From an uncultured Acidobacteriota bacterium (GTDB lineage Bacteria > Acidobacteriota > Vicinamibacteria > Vicinamibacterales > 2-12-FULL-66-21), in contig CAVRXL010000001.1 of the NCBI GenBank assembly GCA_963725145.1, positions 156,176-220,175 of the forward strand: 64,000 nucleotides of DNA. Reading direction: 5' to 3'. Of the stretch, positions 1 through 9,827 are shown one piece after another. Every line of letters begins with the position of its first letter. The first letter of the stretch is position 1. The notes under the pieces were generated by a model, which did not search any database, was not told where the DNA came from, and saw only the letters and a list, made by a program, of their open reading frames with translations. The position numbers were made by a program, and so were the translations under genes.

Positions 1-221
1 TCGGCCTTCGTGACGACTTCCCCGGCGTGGAGGAGCAGTTGATGAAGGACTTCGAGCGGCTTGACCTCGACCTCGACCGTTATCCCCCGGACCCGGAGCT
101 CGCGCCGGCGTTCGTCGAACTCGCATCCAGCGAATCGCCAGATGTGGCCGGGAGCGCGCTCGGTCGGTCCGGTCGGCTCGGTGGAATCCACGATTCTCTA
201 GCCTTCTTGAGAGTTCCTTGA
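1..221 (+). CDS. 3' end of an unidentified CDS entering from upstream of the window (partial)
   Basis: Frame 3 is open from base 3 to the TGA at 219-221 with G/C-rich third codon positions. No domain recognised. Confidence 0.35.
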   Translation, partial: GLRDDFPGVEEQLMKDFERLDLDLDRYPPDPELAPAFVELASSESPDVAGSALGRSGRLGGIHDSLAFLRVP

Positions 222-344
222 TGGTTCCGTCAGGACCTGCGGGCGATGTGTCACGTAAGTTGGGGCCCGCGAACCGAGATCCTCAACGTGGCATTTTCCT
301 ATAGGCCAGGTTGAACAGGTCTGAGAAATGTGGGTGGGTAACCT

Positions 345-2402
345 ATGAGTCGCAAGTTTCAACTGGTCGCGATACCGCTCTCTCTCGTCCTGGGCGGCTT
401 CCTGTGGAGCATGTCCGCAGACGCCCAGTCCGTAACACCCGACATGTACTTTCAAGATCGAACGATATCGGTTGAGGGTGAGGTGCAGGCATTCATCTTT
501 TATGGGAACAGCGCAAAAGTGTTTGTTCGTCCATTCGACGAGAACGCAGCAGTACGGATGTGGACCGTTGTATGGGATCCCGGTGTTCCGCTAAATCGTC
601 AGGGCATTACGGAGCAGTCGCTCCAGCGTGGCGATCGCGTCAAGGTTACAGGCCACCCCTGGAAAGAACCAGCCATCCACATCCAAACGATGATGCTAAA
701 GAGCATCACGCGCCTTACAGATGGCTGGCGGTGGCCGGCGAGCGGCCCAGCGGATGACGCGGCGCCGACACCGACATCTGTCCCTAAGGCCAACGCTAAA
801 CCGGAGTCGAAAACCCCGGGCCCGCAAGCTCAAGCCGGCGGCGGCGATCGCACCGGGCACTCTGATCCTAGCCTCGCCGCGCTCGATCCGAACATCCGCA
901 CGATGGTTCTGGAAGAGGCGGCGGCTGCCAAGGTCATGTGCGAAAACACCGTGACGCTGATGAATCTCTACGAATGCGACTGCTATGGCCAGGAAACCAT
1001 CAATCGCCGCCTGAAGGCCGGAACCGCGGTGGACCGTAATAGCAGGGACCGTGTCGAGCGGTTCACGAAACGGCCAGAGATCCTGATGATGGAAATGGCA
1101 ACGCTGTCCGAGTGTATCTCGACACCCAAGATAGAGAAGTACGGCAGGGAGCAGGCCACAAAACTGCAACTGCACCCATCCACCGCCATAAGCGACTGTG
1201 CAGGTCGAGAGCTAGCGGTGCGTTTCAAACAGCAGCCAAGGGCGCAGTTACTCAATGCGCTCCTCGTGCAGGCGATGCAGGCTTGCCGAAGCAACCCCCA
1301 GCAAGGCGCGCCGACCACGCCGCCTTCGACGCCTGCCGCTCCGCCGCAGACCGCAATCAACGCCCCATCGAGTTCGCCACCAAAAACGACTCCCCCGCCA
1401 CCAACAGAGCCTGCCGCTGGCGCCAATTCGACATCGGACGTTCGGCGCCGAGCCTTCAGCGGGAAATGGGAGTTCGTGACGCGATCGGGCGAAGTGTCGG
1501 ATCCGTATACAGCAGGTCACCGGTCCGATACGGGCATCCTCACAGTCGAACTCAACGGTGACATGCTGACGCTTGGCCCTCAAACGAGCTACCGCGTCGA
1601 TGGCGTCGAGCGCCCATCCAGCTACCGCCGGATCACCAACAACCCGGCCGACCCGGTCACGACCGGCACGACGATGGCAGCGTGGAACGGCGACCGGATT
1701 GTGGTGGAGATCCGGCTGAAGTATCCCGATAATTTACGCACGGTGTCGGCCAGGCGCGTGTTCTCTCTGACTCCAGATGGTGGTTTACTGGTTGAGACAA
1801 CGGGCAATGTCCATCTGAAAGGCGGCCCCAGCCAGAATCTGGACGGAAGCACGCTCTACAAGCGCTCCGCAAGCGCCACGCAAAGTACCAAAGCGTCTCC
1901 GGTATCTCCGCAGCCCGGCAATACACAGCCTCCTGTCACGCCTCCGTCGGCTGGAACTCCCTCGCCTTCCGGGAAGGTCACGACGCCACCGCCAGGCGAC
2001 ACGCTGGGAGAACGACAGGCACAGATTCAGAAGGACGTCGCGGAAAAGACAAAAGCGCTGACGGAGGAACTTCGCAAGCAGGCGCAGATCGAACGCCAGG
2101 GTCAGCCGCCTTCGGTCACAGCGCCAAGCGCCGCCAACCAGCTGTGCGCGGATGCATCATCACCCTCGCAACCTTCGCAAACGACGGTGTCGGTCGAGTT
2201 CGCCAACGTGTCGGGACAGCCCCGGAAACTCTATTGGATCGACTTCGCCGGGGTGCGACAGCCGTACGGTGTGCTTCAACCGGGCCAGAGAGCGCCCATA
2301 CAGACCTATATCTCACATCGGTGGGCGGTGACCGATATGACGGACGTCTGTCTCGCAACGATCCTGATTTCCAAAGACTCGCGAAGGCTCGAGATTCGCT
2401 GA
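345..2402 (+). CDS. Secreted multidomain protein with Pro/Thr-rich linkers and a C-terminal VHL beta-domain-like module
   Basis: 685-aa ATG ORF. Sec-type signal peptide (MSRKFQLVAIPLSLVLGGFLWSMSADAQS). Two Pro/Ser/Thr-rich linkers. The C-terminal NVSGQPRKLYWIDFAGVRQPYGVLQPGQRAPIQTYISHRWAVTD aligns without gaps to human pVHL residues 78-121. Confidence 0.85.
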   Translation: MSRKFQLVAIPLSLVLGGFLWSMSADAQSVTPDMYFQDRTISVEGEVQAFIFYGNSAKVFVRPFDENAAVRMWTVVWDPGVPLNRQGITEQSLQRGDRVKVTGHPWKEPAIHIQTMMLKSITRLTDGWRWPASGPADDAAPTPTSVPKANAKPESKTPGPQAQAGGGDRTGHSDPSLAALDPNIRTMVLEEAAAAKVMCENTVTLMNLYECDCYGQETINRRLKAGTAVDRNSRDRVERFTKRPEILMMEMATLSECISTPKIEKYGREQATKLQLHPSTAISDCAGRELAVRFKQQPRAQLLNALLVQAMQACRSNPQQGAPTTPPSTPAAPPQTAINAPSSSPPKTTPPPPTEPAAGANSTSDVRRRAFSGKWEFVTRSGEVSDPYTAGHRSDTGILTVELNGDMLTLGPQTSYRVDGVERPSSYRRITNNPADPVTTGTTMAAWNGDRIVVEIRLKYPDNLRTVSARRVFSLTPDGGLLVETTGNVHLKGGPSQNLDGSTLYKRSASATQSTKASPVSPQPGNTQPPVTPPSAGTPSPSGKVTTPPPGDTLGERQAQIQKDVAEKTKALTEELRKQAQIERQGQPPSVTAPSAANQLCADASSPSQPSQTTVSVEFANVSGQPRKLYWIDFAGVRQPYGVLQPGQRAPIQTYISHRWAVTDMTDVCLATILISKDSRRLEIR

Positions 2403-2443
2403 CGACGCGACGGAGCCCTCACTGCGATCGCTGTGGAGCGCGC

Positions 2444-3776
2444 TCACGCAGCAGACTTGGTCGCCCGAATCACCAACCCGGCCACCGGCGTGCCTGCCTC
2501 CATGCGTAGTTCGGCTTGCGCGATCTCCGACTGAAGACCCGCGTCGGCGAGCACTCGTTCGATGTAAGTGCGGCTGTGACTGTAGCGGCCGTGCACCTCG
2601 AGGCGGTAGTCGACATCCGATCCAGCCCCGACCGCGTGCTCGAGCGTGAACACCACGAAGCCCGCCCGGCCGCAGCGCTTGCGCGGCGGCGGCGAGAGCG
2701 GGTTCCAGCTCGCCGAAATACACGAGCGTGTCGGCCGATACGATCACGTCGAACGCCTCGGGGTTCTCGCGCAGGTACTGCGTCAACTCCGTCTTCACCA
2801 AATCGTCATAGACATGCTTCTCTTTGGCGTGCGCCAGCATGCCGTCAGACAGATCAACGCCCACCAGGCGATGCGCATAGGGAGCCACGATCGGGCCGCA
2901 GAGTCCCGTGCCGCAGCCGGCATCCAGCACATCGAGCCGATGCGACGGCTCGAGACTCGAGTCCGCCAGCATGGCCCCCACGAGCGCCGGCGCGCGGTAC
3001 GACAACCGCTCGAGTTTCGCTTCGAAGCTGGCGGCAAAGCTGTCGAACGTGCTGGCGACGAATTCATCAGCCGCGCGCGCCGGCACATCCCGACCCGTGC
3101 AGGCCGCCCGCATGTGCAGCGCCACAGGGTCGCCTGGCTCTTCGTCCAGCCAGGTGTCGAAGATCTTCACGGCCTCGCCGATCTCGCCCAGCATGCAGTG
3201 CGCGAGCGCCAGAAGCCTTCGTGCTTCCCGATGCTTCGGCCGGAGCGTGATGACTCTGCAGAAGCAGTCCGCTGCCTCCTGCGTGCGCTTCAACCCATCG
3301 AGCAGGATGCCCAGGTTGGTGTACGCGTCGACATGCTCCGGATTCAGCCGGATCGCGGTGCGATACGCCGCTTCCGCTTCGGACGGCTTGCCGGTCGCCC
3401 TCAACAGGACGCCCAGATTGCTGTGGGCATTCGCATGGCCGGGATCGATCGCGATCGCCCGCCGGTAGGCGTCGATCGCCAGGTCCAGCTTGCCGGTCGA
3501 TTGGAAGATGATGCCGAGGTTGCTGTAGCAGTCCGGCCGATCCGGCTCGAGTGCAAGGCTCCTCTCGATCAGCGCGACCGCTTCGTCGCTGCGGCCCTGC
3601 TGATGCGCAAGCACGCCGGCGTAGTGCAGCGCGTCAGGGTGCTCCGGGGCCGTTTCGAGGACCCGGCGATACACCTCCTCGGCCGCGACGAGCTGCTCGT
3701 TCTTCTGCAGCAGGATGGCGAGCTCGATCGCCTCCTCGAGCGTCAACTCGCGCGTCGGCGTTTCTGACTGTTCCAT
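2444..3776 (-). CDS. TPR-repeat protein fused to a class I SAM-dependent methyltransferase; frame break near 2660-2668
   Basis: N-terminal TPR repeats, then the SAM motif VLDAGCGTGL. After ...AAQALRPGG the 499-aa ORF (2313..3812) runs into Arg/Gly-rich nonsense, while the methyltransferase continues as FVVFTLEHAV... in ORF 2444..2656. An extra G in GGCGGGC explains the shift. Start taken at MEQSETP (3776). Confidence 0.8.
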
Positions 3777-3821
3777 GGGTCGGCCCGGACCGAGCCTGTC
3801 TTCGGCCGTCACCGGCGGTTC

Positions 3822-4301
3822 CTACCAGACTTTGTTGTTCTTGAGGTCGTACTTGAAATGAATCCCCGGTTCGAGCGACCCGTCTGGCTTTTGCGCCCGG
3901 TATTCCAGGTCGACCTTGGCAAAGGCCAGGCTGACGGTCTCGGCCGCCGGCAGGCCACTGGCGCCGCCGTGGGTGACGGCGGTGATGACGATGTCGTTCA
4001 TCTTGATGATCAAGTACTCCTGCGGGGTCTTCCCTGCCTTCCGATGGGTGATCGTTCCCTCCTTCAAGTGCGTACCTGTGGCGCATGCCTTCATGAGCAG
4101 CGGCGTCGCCTTGTCGATGTTGTGCACGATGGAAAGGTCCTGAAAGGTCGCCTTGCCCGCGCCGGCCCCACCGCCGGCAACGATCGAACCGCTGTTCGCC
4201 ACACCCCATGAGAACGAGAGCACCTCGATTTCGTCTTTGTGTTTGGCGTCGGTCGATTCCCCTTTGATGTTTCCGATCTTTGCAAAGATGTCTGAGGCCA
4301 T
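3822..4301 (-). CDS. hcp: Hcp (TssD) type VI secretion tube protein family
   Basis: MASDIFAKIGNIKGESTDAKHKDEIEVLSFSWGV... is a typical Hcp1 N-terminus and the size is right (~159 aa). AGGAG lies 8 nt upstream of the ATG at 4301. Confidence 0.85.
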   Translation of the reverse strand: MASDIFAKIGNIKGESTDAKHKDEIEVLSFSWGVANSGSIVAGGGAGAGKATFQDLSIVHNIDKATPLLMKACATGTHLKEGTITHRKAGKTPQEYLIIKMNDIVITAVTHGGASGLPAAETVSLAFAKVDLEYRAQKPDGSLEPGIHFKYDLKNNKVW

Positions 4302-4328
4302 CTGGACACTCCTACAGTCGCTCAACGC

Positions 4329-4848
4329 TCATAGATAACGCTCTTTCAGGATTCCCATATGGTGCGTGACGTGTCCCGCCGTGATGTAGGCGAGCGCGCG
4401 AACCGTAAACGGGTAGCCGCTCGCAACCCCGCGCCGCGCCCACGCGTCCGACGGCAGGGTGCTTGAAGAAAGCCAACGTCGCGGCGCGCACCGCGCGAAA
4501 CTCGTCGACGTGGCTGCGCCAGGACCGCGAATCCGCGCCGGCCACCGACACCGCGACGTTCTGATCGAAGCTCGGAAGCGGAGCGTCGAATCCGCGCGCG
4601 AACCAGAACGCGCGGAAAACAAAAAGCCGCTCTCCGTCGTTGAGGTGACTCATTACCTCGCGGATGCTCCACTTGTCGGGGGCGTAGCGATGAAGCGATC
4701 GGTCCTCCGAGATGGCTTCGAGCCGCGGCAGCGTCTCAGCTAGCTGTTCCTCGAGGATCCGGCAGATGTCGCCGGGTCCGACCTTGTCGATATACGTGAA
4801 GTAGTACTCGGCTGCCTCAGTTCGATCGGGGGCCGTCGTGACGCTCAT
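4329..4848 (-). CDS. DinB-family (DinB_2) metal-dependent protein; frame break near 4455-4460
   Basis: DinB-like N-terminus in ORF 4312..4848 up to ...ATLAFFKH. The authentic C-terminus LPSDAWARRGVASGYPFTVRALAYITAGHVTHHMGILKERYL is in ORF 4329..4622. An extra C in CACCCTG explains the shift. Confidence 0.75.
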
Positions 4849-4889
4849 GCTGGACCTCGCTAGCGGCTGACCGCTGGAATCTCGTGTCC

Positions 4890-5255
4890 TCAGGCCGGTT
4901 GCTGGTAAAGGCCGATCACGTTGCCGGCCGGATCGTGAACCCGAGCGGTAATCTCCGGAGCGTCCGCGCCGATCGGCTGCACAATCTCGCCGCCGTTCGC
5001 GACGACCGCGTCGAGCGTCGCGGCAACGCTGTCGACCATGACGTAGAAGAGAAGGCCCGGACTCGAAGCGGGCGGGCGCCCGAGCTTCCAGGCGCCGCTC
5101 ACTTCGCCGACCCCGTCGTCGAACGCGGTGCTGCCGTCGCCGCGTTGTCTGATCTTCCAGCCGAACACCGCCCTGTAGAACGCGGCCGAGCGGGCGATAT
5201 CGGTGGCGGGAATCTCGACGTAGCAGATCTTGCCGTTTGCCAGGGTGGGAGGCAT
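4890..5255 (-). CDS. VOC / glyoxalase-bleomycin resistance family protein
   Basis: ICYVEIPATDIARSAAFYRAVFGWK... is a typical VOC fold signature. Start taken at MPPTLANGK (5255); the upstream extension of the ORF looks non-coding. Confidence 0.8.
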   Translation of the reverse strand: MPPTLANGKICYVEIPATDIARSAAFYRAVFGWKIRQRGDGSTAFDDGVGEVSGAWKLGRPPASSPGLLFYVMVDSVAATLDAVVANGGEIVQPIGADAPEITARVHDPAGNVIGLYQQPA

Positions 5256-5410
5256 CAGAAGTCCTCCGGACTTTGTCCGTTCATCCTGCCGCGCGGCGGC
5301 CTCGCCTGGCAACCCCCCTCCCATCGGCAGTGCCCTTGCACCACAGGTCGGCTGGGACGAAACCCGGGGGTGCGCGGACCTCAATTCGTCACTGCGCCGC
5401 CAGACGTGTA

Positions 5411-6193
5411 ATGCCCAGCCACCGAAGGCAGCTCATGATTCGTATACTGCAGCCGGCCGCAGTTGTGACCCTGTGCGCGCTCACGGCGTGCGGCGTGCCA
5501 TCACTGCCCTCAGAGCTCCCGGGCCTGCGCGACCTCGAAATCCGCGGCACCACCCTGCTGATGCCCGGCAGCAACGGCAGGCTCACCGCCTGGCTGCCGG
5601 ACGACCGAGGCAGCCGCGAAGTGCAGGCCACATGGACCGCCGAAGGGGACGCGATCTCGATCACCAGCGACGGCAGGGTCATCGCGCGGCGGCTCGGCGG
5701 TGCGATCGTGCGGGCCGACTACGAACATCGGACTGGTTCCAAGACGGTGCACGTCGTCGATAGCATCGCTGGGGTCTGGCGCGGCTCGATTACTGTCCTC
5801 GACTGCTGGGACGGTGTCGGGACTTCGCCAAGCCCCTGTCAGGGCCGCCGCGGGTTGACGGCGCCTCTCGTGCTCGACGTGACCCAGAGCGCGACCGCTG
5901 AACATTTCAATCTGCAGGCCAGGGCGGCGATCTTTACGCCGCCGGCGACCGGCACGCTCACCGGCGCCGTGGACTCGAACGGCGTGGTGTATCTGGCGGG
6001 TCGCGTGGAGCGTCCGGGAGATTCGCTTGGGGGCCTCGTGAACTTCCGGTGGCTCCTCGGGAACGGAGAGCTCGTGCCGTCTCTGATCAGCGGGCTGACC
6101 GAAAACAGATTCGACCTGGAACTGTCCGTCCGATACGGATCGAGTACGACGCTCTTCCACGAAGTCTGGGAGCTCCACCCCCTCGTTCGCTGA
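5411..6193 (+). CDS. Lipoprotein with bacterial Ig-like (Big_2-like) domain
   Basis: Lipobox LTAC after a hydrophobic signal (MPSHRRQLMIRILQPAAVVTLCALTAC). Big_2-like stretch LEIRGTTLLMPGSNGRLTAW...ISITSDGRVIA. An alternative start is at 5435. Confidence 0.7.
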   Translation: MPSHRRQLMIRILQPAAVVTLCALTACGVPSLPSELPGLRDLEIRGTTLLMPGSNGRLTAWLPDDRGSREVQATWTAEGDAISITSDGRVIARRLGGAIVRADYEHRTGSKTVHVVDSIAGVWRGSITVLDCWDGVGTSPSPCQGRRGLTAPLVLDVTQSATAEHFNLQARAAIFTPPATGTLTGAVDSNGVVYLAGRVERPGDSLGGLVNFRWLLGNGELVPSLISGLTENRFDLELSVRYGSSTTLFHEVWELHPLVR

Positions 6194-6208
6194 CGCAGAT
6201 CTCCTGCG

Positions 6209-7759
6209 TTAGAACGACGTACACGTCGACGGACGCTGCGGCGCCGCGGCCGCGGGTCGAACCGACAAGTACTGCACCGCCGGCGGCATCGTCGGCGCAA
6301 GCGTGATGCTGACCTCCAGCCTGCCGCGCTCGCACGCCATCGTCCATTGACCACGCAGCGCGTTTTCGACGACGTCGAACCCGTCCGGCGCGGAGCAGGC
6401 ACCGACGGTCGCCCTCAGATCGTCGAGCTCCTTGCGGCGACGATCCTTCGAACGATCCATAAACAGGTTCTCCGCGGCGATCTTGTCTGCCAGCGCGTCA
6501 TCCCAGCCGGCGACGAGCTTCGACACTGCATCGCGCGCTTCAACGAGCGCGCGCGAGGGCTGCATCACGCGCGGCCGCAGCGCACCAGTCTTGACGAGTC
6601 GGTCCATCGCTTCCCCGACGACCCCGCCCCAGCCCGTGTAGGTCAAATTGCCGAAGGCCATGATGCCGACGCCGTAGTCAGGCAGCCAGCGCATCAACGA
6701 TCCGTAGCCGGGCAGCCCGCCGCTGTGAGCGACAACGGCGCCAAAGTCGCAGGTCTGGGTGACGCCGAGGCCGAACCCGTAGCTCGAGGCTGACAGGCGC
6801 GGCGCGTTCGTGGATTTGTCCAGGACCACGCGTGTGCCGGAGGGACGCCACGGCTGCTGCATCTCGCGGAGCGAGGCGCGGCGGACCGGTCCGGTCTCCG
6901 CTCCGTCGCGCGGCGGCCAGGCGTCGAGCAGCACGCCGACGTAGCGGCTCAAGTCGCGGATCGACGTCAGCATCCCGCCCATCGCGCCGAACGATCCGTG
7001 CGGGAGCGCCGGCTCTTCCTTCCAGCGGTCGTCTTCCCACCGATACCCGATCGCCACCCGGTTCGCCGGCACCTTCGACGGATGCAGCGTCGTAGACGTC
7101 ATCCCCAGCGGTTGCAGGATGTTCCGCGCGACGTACTCGTCGTACGGCATGCCTGAGACGCGCGACACGATCCGGCCGAGGATCGCGAATCCATAGTTCG
7201 AATACTCGTACGCGGTGCCGGGCGCGGTCGAGAACGGGATGCCGCCACGCAGCATCCGCGAGAACTGTTCCTCGCTCTTGGCAAGCTGCTGGTCCCCCCA
7301 GGGATTGTCTTCAGGGAAACCCTCGGAGTGCGTGAGGAGATGGCGGATGGTGATTCGGGGAGAGTCCGTCGTCGGATAGCGGAGACCCTTCAACTCCTGA
7401 ACGTAGCGCTCGGCCGGGTCGTCCAGCGACAGCTTCCCTTCGTCCCGCAGCTTCAGAATGGACATGGCCGTGAAGCTCTTCGTCATCGACGCGATGCGGA
7501 ACACCGTATCGGCGTCGACCGGCGCGTTCGCCGCGACGTCCCGTACGCCTGCCGCGCCCGAGTGCGCCAGCTTGCCATCGATCACGATCCCCCAGGCCGC
7601 GCCAGGCACGTGGGCCGTTTTCGCGAATTCCGCGAACAGACGATCGATTTCCGGGAACGCGTCGCTCAGGGCGGCTTGCGAGCCGACCGTTTCCGCGCGA
7701 TAGGAGTCCGGGAGCGGCAGACAACAGAACAGGACAAGACCGGCGAGCCATTTCGACAT
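6209..7759 (-). CDS. Exported serine hydrolase, beta-lactamase/PBP (class C-like) family
   Basis: SxxK motif (FRIASMTKSF), YSN motif (YEYSNYGF) and a signal peptide. Start taken at MSKWLAG (7759). Confidence 0.85.
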   Translation of the reverse strand: MSKWLAGLVLFCCLPLPDSYRAETVGSQAALSDAFPEIDRLFAEFAKTAHVPGAAWGIVIDGKLAHSGAAGVRDVAANAPVDADTVFRIASMTKSFTAMSILKLRDEGKLSLDDPAERYVQELKGLRYPTTDSPRITIRHLLTHSEGFPEDNPWGDQQLAKSEEQFSRMLRGGIPFSTAPGTAYEYSNYGFAILGRIVSRVSGMPYDEYVARNILQPLGMTSTTLHPSKVPANRVAIGYRWEDDRWKEEPALPHGSFGAMGGMLTSIRDLSRYVGVLLDAWPPRDGAETGPVRRASLREMQQPWRPSGTRVVLDKSTNAPRLSASSYGFGLGVTQTCDFGAVVAHSGGLPGYGSLMRWLPDYGVGIMAFGNLTYTGWGGVVGEAMDRLVKTGALRPRVMQPSRALVEARDAVSKLVAGWDDALADKIAAENLFMDRSKDRRRKELDDLRATVGACSAPDGFDVVENALRGQWTMACERGRLEVSITLAPTMPPAVQYLSVRPAAAAPQRPSTCTSF

Positions 7760-7797
7760 AGGCGTTAATCCTACTCCGGACATCTGCTGCCGTATCT

Positions 7798-7818
7798 CGC
7801 GGGCCTAAGAGGCCCGCG
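7798..7818. repeat. Perfect GC-rich hairpin CGCGGGCCT-AAG-AGGCCCGCG (CCT..AGG-apex hairpin family)
   Basis: 9-bp inverted repeat read directly. Lies between the divergent starts at 7759 and 7829. Confidence 0.6.
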
Positions 7819-7828
7819 CTCCATTAGA

Positions 7829-9379
7829 ATGCGCCCGATGTTCAAGCTGATGCTCGCCGTCTGCGTGTCCGCCGCTGCGGCGGCGCCGGCCGCCGCCGCG
7901 GACCGTCCGAACATCCTGTTCATCATGTCGGACGACCACGCGGCGCACGCGATCGGGGCGTACGGATCGCGCGTGAACGAGACGCCGAACCTCGACCGCC
8001 TGGCGCGCGAAGGCGCGCTGCTCGGAAACGTGTTCGCGACCAACGCCATCTGCACGCCGAGCCGGGCGACGATTCTCACCGGCCAGTACTCGCACATCAA
8101 CGGCGTGACGGTCTTCAACCGCTTCGACAGCTCGCGCATGACGGTCGCGCGCCTCCTGCAGCGCGGCGGGTACTACACAGGGATGGTTGGCAAATGGCAC
8201 CTGGGAAGTGACCCCGTTGGATTCGACCGCTGGGAGATTCTGCCGGGCCAGGGAGCCTACGCGGATCCAGTGCTCTATACCGCGACCGGAGAGAAAGCCT
8301 ACACGGGCCGATACGTCACTGACGTCATTACCGACCTCGCCATCGATTTCATGGAGAAGCGTCCGCGTGACAAGCCGTTCTTCCTGATGGTCCACCACAA
8401 AGCACCGCACCGGCCGTGGGAACCGGCCGCAGGGTACGCCGCGCGCTTCGCCGGCCGGCGGATACCCGAGCCGGTGACGTTCTGGGACTCGTATGCGACG
8501 CGAACCGATGCGATCCGCGAAAACCAGCAGCGAGTGGCCGGCGATCTGACACGCCGCGATCTGAAGCTGCCGCCACCGCCGGACCTGGCAGGGGAGGATC
8601 TGTCGAAGTGGCTGGCGACCAGGCCCGACACCGTAACGATTGCGCGCGACGGCAGTTCCTTGACGCTCACCGGGGAGGCGCTCATCCGGTGGAAGTATCA
8701 GCGCTACATGCAGGACTACCTGGCGACGATTCAGTCCGTGGACGACGGCGTCGGCCGGTTGCTCACCTTCCTGGACGAAAACGGTCTCTCGAAGAACACG
8801 ATCCTCGTGTATACGAGCGACCAGGGTTTTTTCCTCGGCGACCACGGCCTGTTCGACAAACGCTTCATGTATGAAGAATCGCTGCGGATGCCGTTTCTCG
8901 TCCGCTGGCCGGCGGTCATCCCGCGCGGGACCAGAAGCGATGCGATTGGCTTGAACGTAGACTTCGCGCCCACGTTTCTCGATGCCGCCGGACTGCAGGC
9001 GCCAACAGAGATGCAGGGACGCAGCCTCCTTCCGGTGCTGCGCGGACGGCCGCCCGGCGACTGGCGCGCGTCCATGTACTACCGCTACTACCACGATCCG
9101 GGCGACCACAACACTCGGGCGCACTACGGCGTTCGCACGCGCACACACAAGCTGATTCATTTCTGGAAGAAGGATCAGTGGGAGCTCTTCGACCTGACGA
9201 ACGATCCGTTCGAGCTCCACAATCTGTACGGCGAGCCCGGGCAGGCGGAACTCACCTCGACGCTGAAGGCGGAGCTCGAGCGTCTCAAGCAGGCGCTCGG
9301 CGACCACGATCAGTTGGCCAACGAGCAGCTGCCGAATGGCGTCGACGGCCCTGTCTCGAGACTCCGCGGCAAGGAGTAG
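7829..9379 (+). CDS. Sulfatase (formylglycine-dependent, arylsulfatase family)
   Basis: Signal peptide. ILFIMSDDH and the CTPSRATILTGQY (CxPxR) formylglycine motif. Confidence 0.9.
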   Translation: MRPMFKLMLAVCVSAAAAAPAAAADRPNILFIMSDDHAAHAIGAYGSRVNETPNLDRLAREGALLGNVFATNAICTPSRATILTGQYSHINGVTVFNRFDSSRMTVARLLQRGGYYTGMVGKWHLGSDPVGFDRWEILPGQGAYADPVLYTATGEKAYTGRYVTDVITDLAIDFMEKRPRDKPFFLMVHHKAPHRPWEPAAGYAARFAGRRIPEPVTFWDSYATRTDAIRENQQRVAGDLTRRDLKLPPPPDLAGEDLSKWLATRPDTVTIARDGSSLTLTGEALIRWKYQRYMQDYLATIQSVDDGVGRLLTFLDENGLSKNTILVYTSDQGFFLGDHGLFDKRFMYEESLRMPFLVRWPAVIPRGTRSDAIGLNVDFAPTFLDAAGLQAPTEMQGRSLLPVLRGRPPGDWRASMYYRYYHDPGDHNTRAHYGVRTRTHKLIHFWKKDQWELFDLTNDPFELHNLYGEPGQAELTSTLKAELERLKQALGDHDQLANEQLPNGVDGPVSRLRGKE

Positions 9380-9386
9380 CCTGCCT

Positions 9387-9414
9387 CGCCGTAGCGCGCA
9401 GCGCGAAGGCGGGC
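9387..9414. repeat. 28-nt intergenic repeat CGCCGTAGCGCGCAGCGCGAAGGCGGGC, copy 1
   Basis: Identical at 27 of 28 positions to 52449..52476, with a degenerate third copy at 56715..56737. Lies between convergent stops at 9379 and 9424. Confidence 0.7.
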
Positions 9415-9423
9415 GAACCGCCC

Positions 9424-9807
9424 CTACTCAATCACGATACGTCCCTTGAACGCCGGATCCGTCTCGCGGATGTGGTCGTGAAACCCGCAGACACGCGGGA
9501 CGCTGAGCGTCCCGGTCGTCCGGCTCTGCCCCGGATCGATGGTCCCCACGTCGTTGATCGCCGGACAATCGGTGTGGAGATCAATGGGATCCGAGCTCAT
9601 CGCATGGGCGCGATTGTCGTTGTTGACGAAGGTGACGCGGCTGAAGCGCGGGACGCGAACCTCTACGGGCGCGACCCCCGATGCGGTGATCGTGACCGTC
9701 CCCGGCTCCGGGGGCGACGGGCTCGACGGCGTTCCGTTGCCGCAGGCGGGAAGGCAGAACAGGCCGCCGATGATCGCCGCCAGGCACGGCTGGCTGCAAC
9801 GTCGCAC
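9424..9807 (-). CDS. Small lipoprotein, cupredoxin-like fold (tentative)
   Basis: Lipobox LPAC. Beta-rich C-terminal part with conserved His/Cys (AHAMSSDP...CGFHDH). Confidence 0.6.
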   Translation of the reverse strand: MRRCSQPCLAAIIGGLFCLPACGNGTPSSPSPPEPGTVTITASGVAPVEVRVPRFSRVTFVNNDNRAHAMSSDPIDLHTDCPAINDVGTIDPGQSRTTGTLSVPRVCGFHDHIRETDPAFKGRIVIE

Positions 9808-9827
9808 GCTTCGTTATACCCGATTGC

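Noticed and set aside
3822-4301. Calling the region a type VI secretion locus because of hcp.
   Set aside because: No other T6SS component is present in the window, so only an orphan hcp can be supported.
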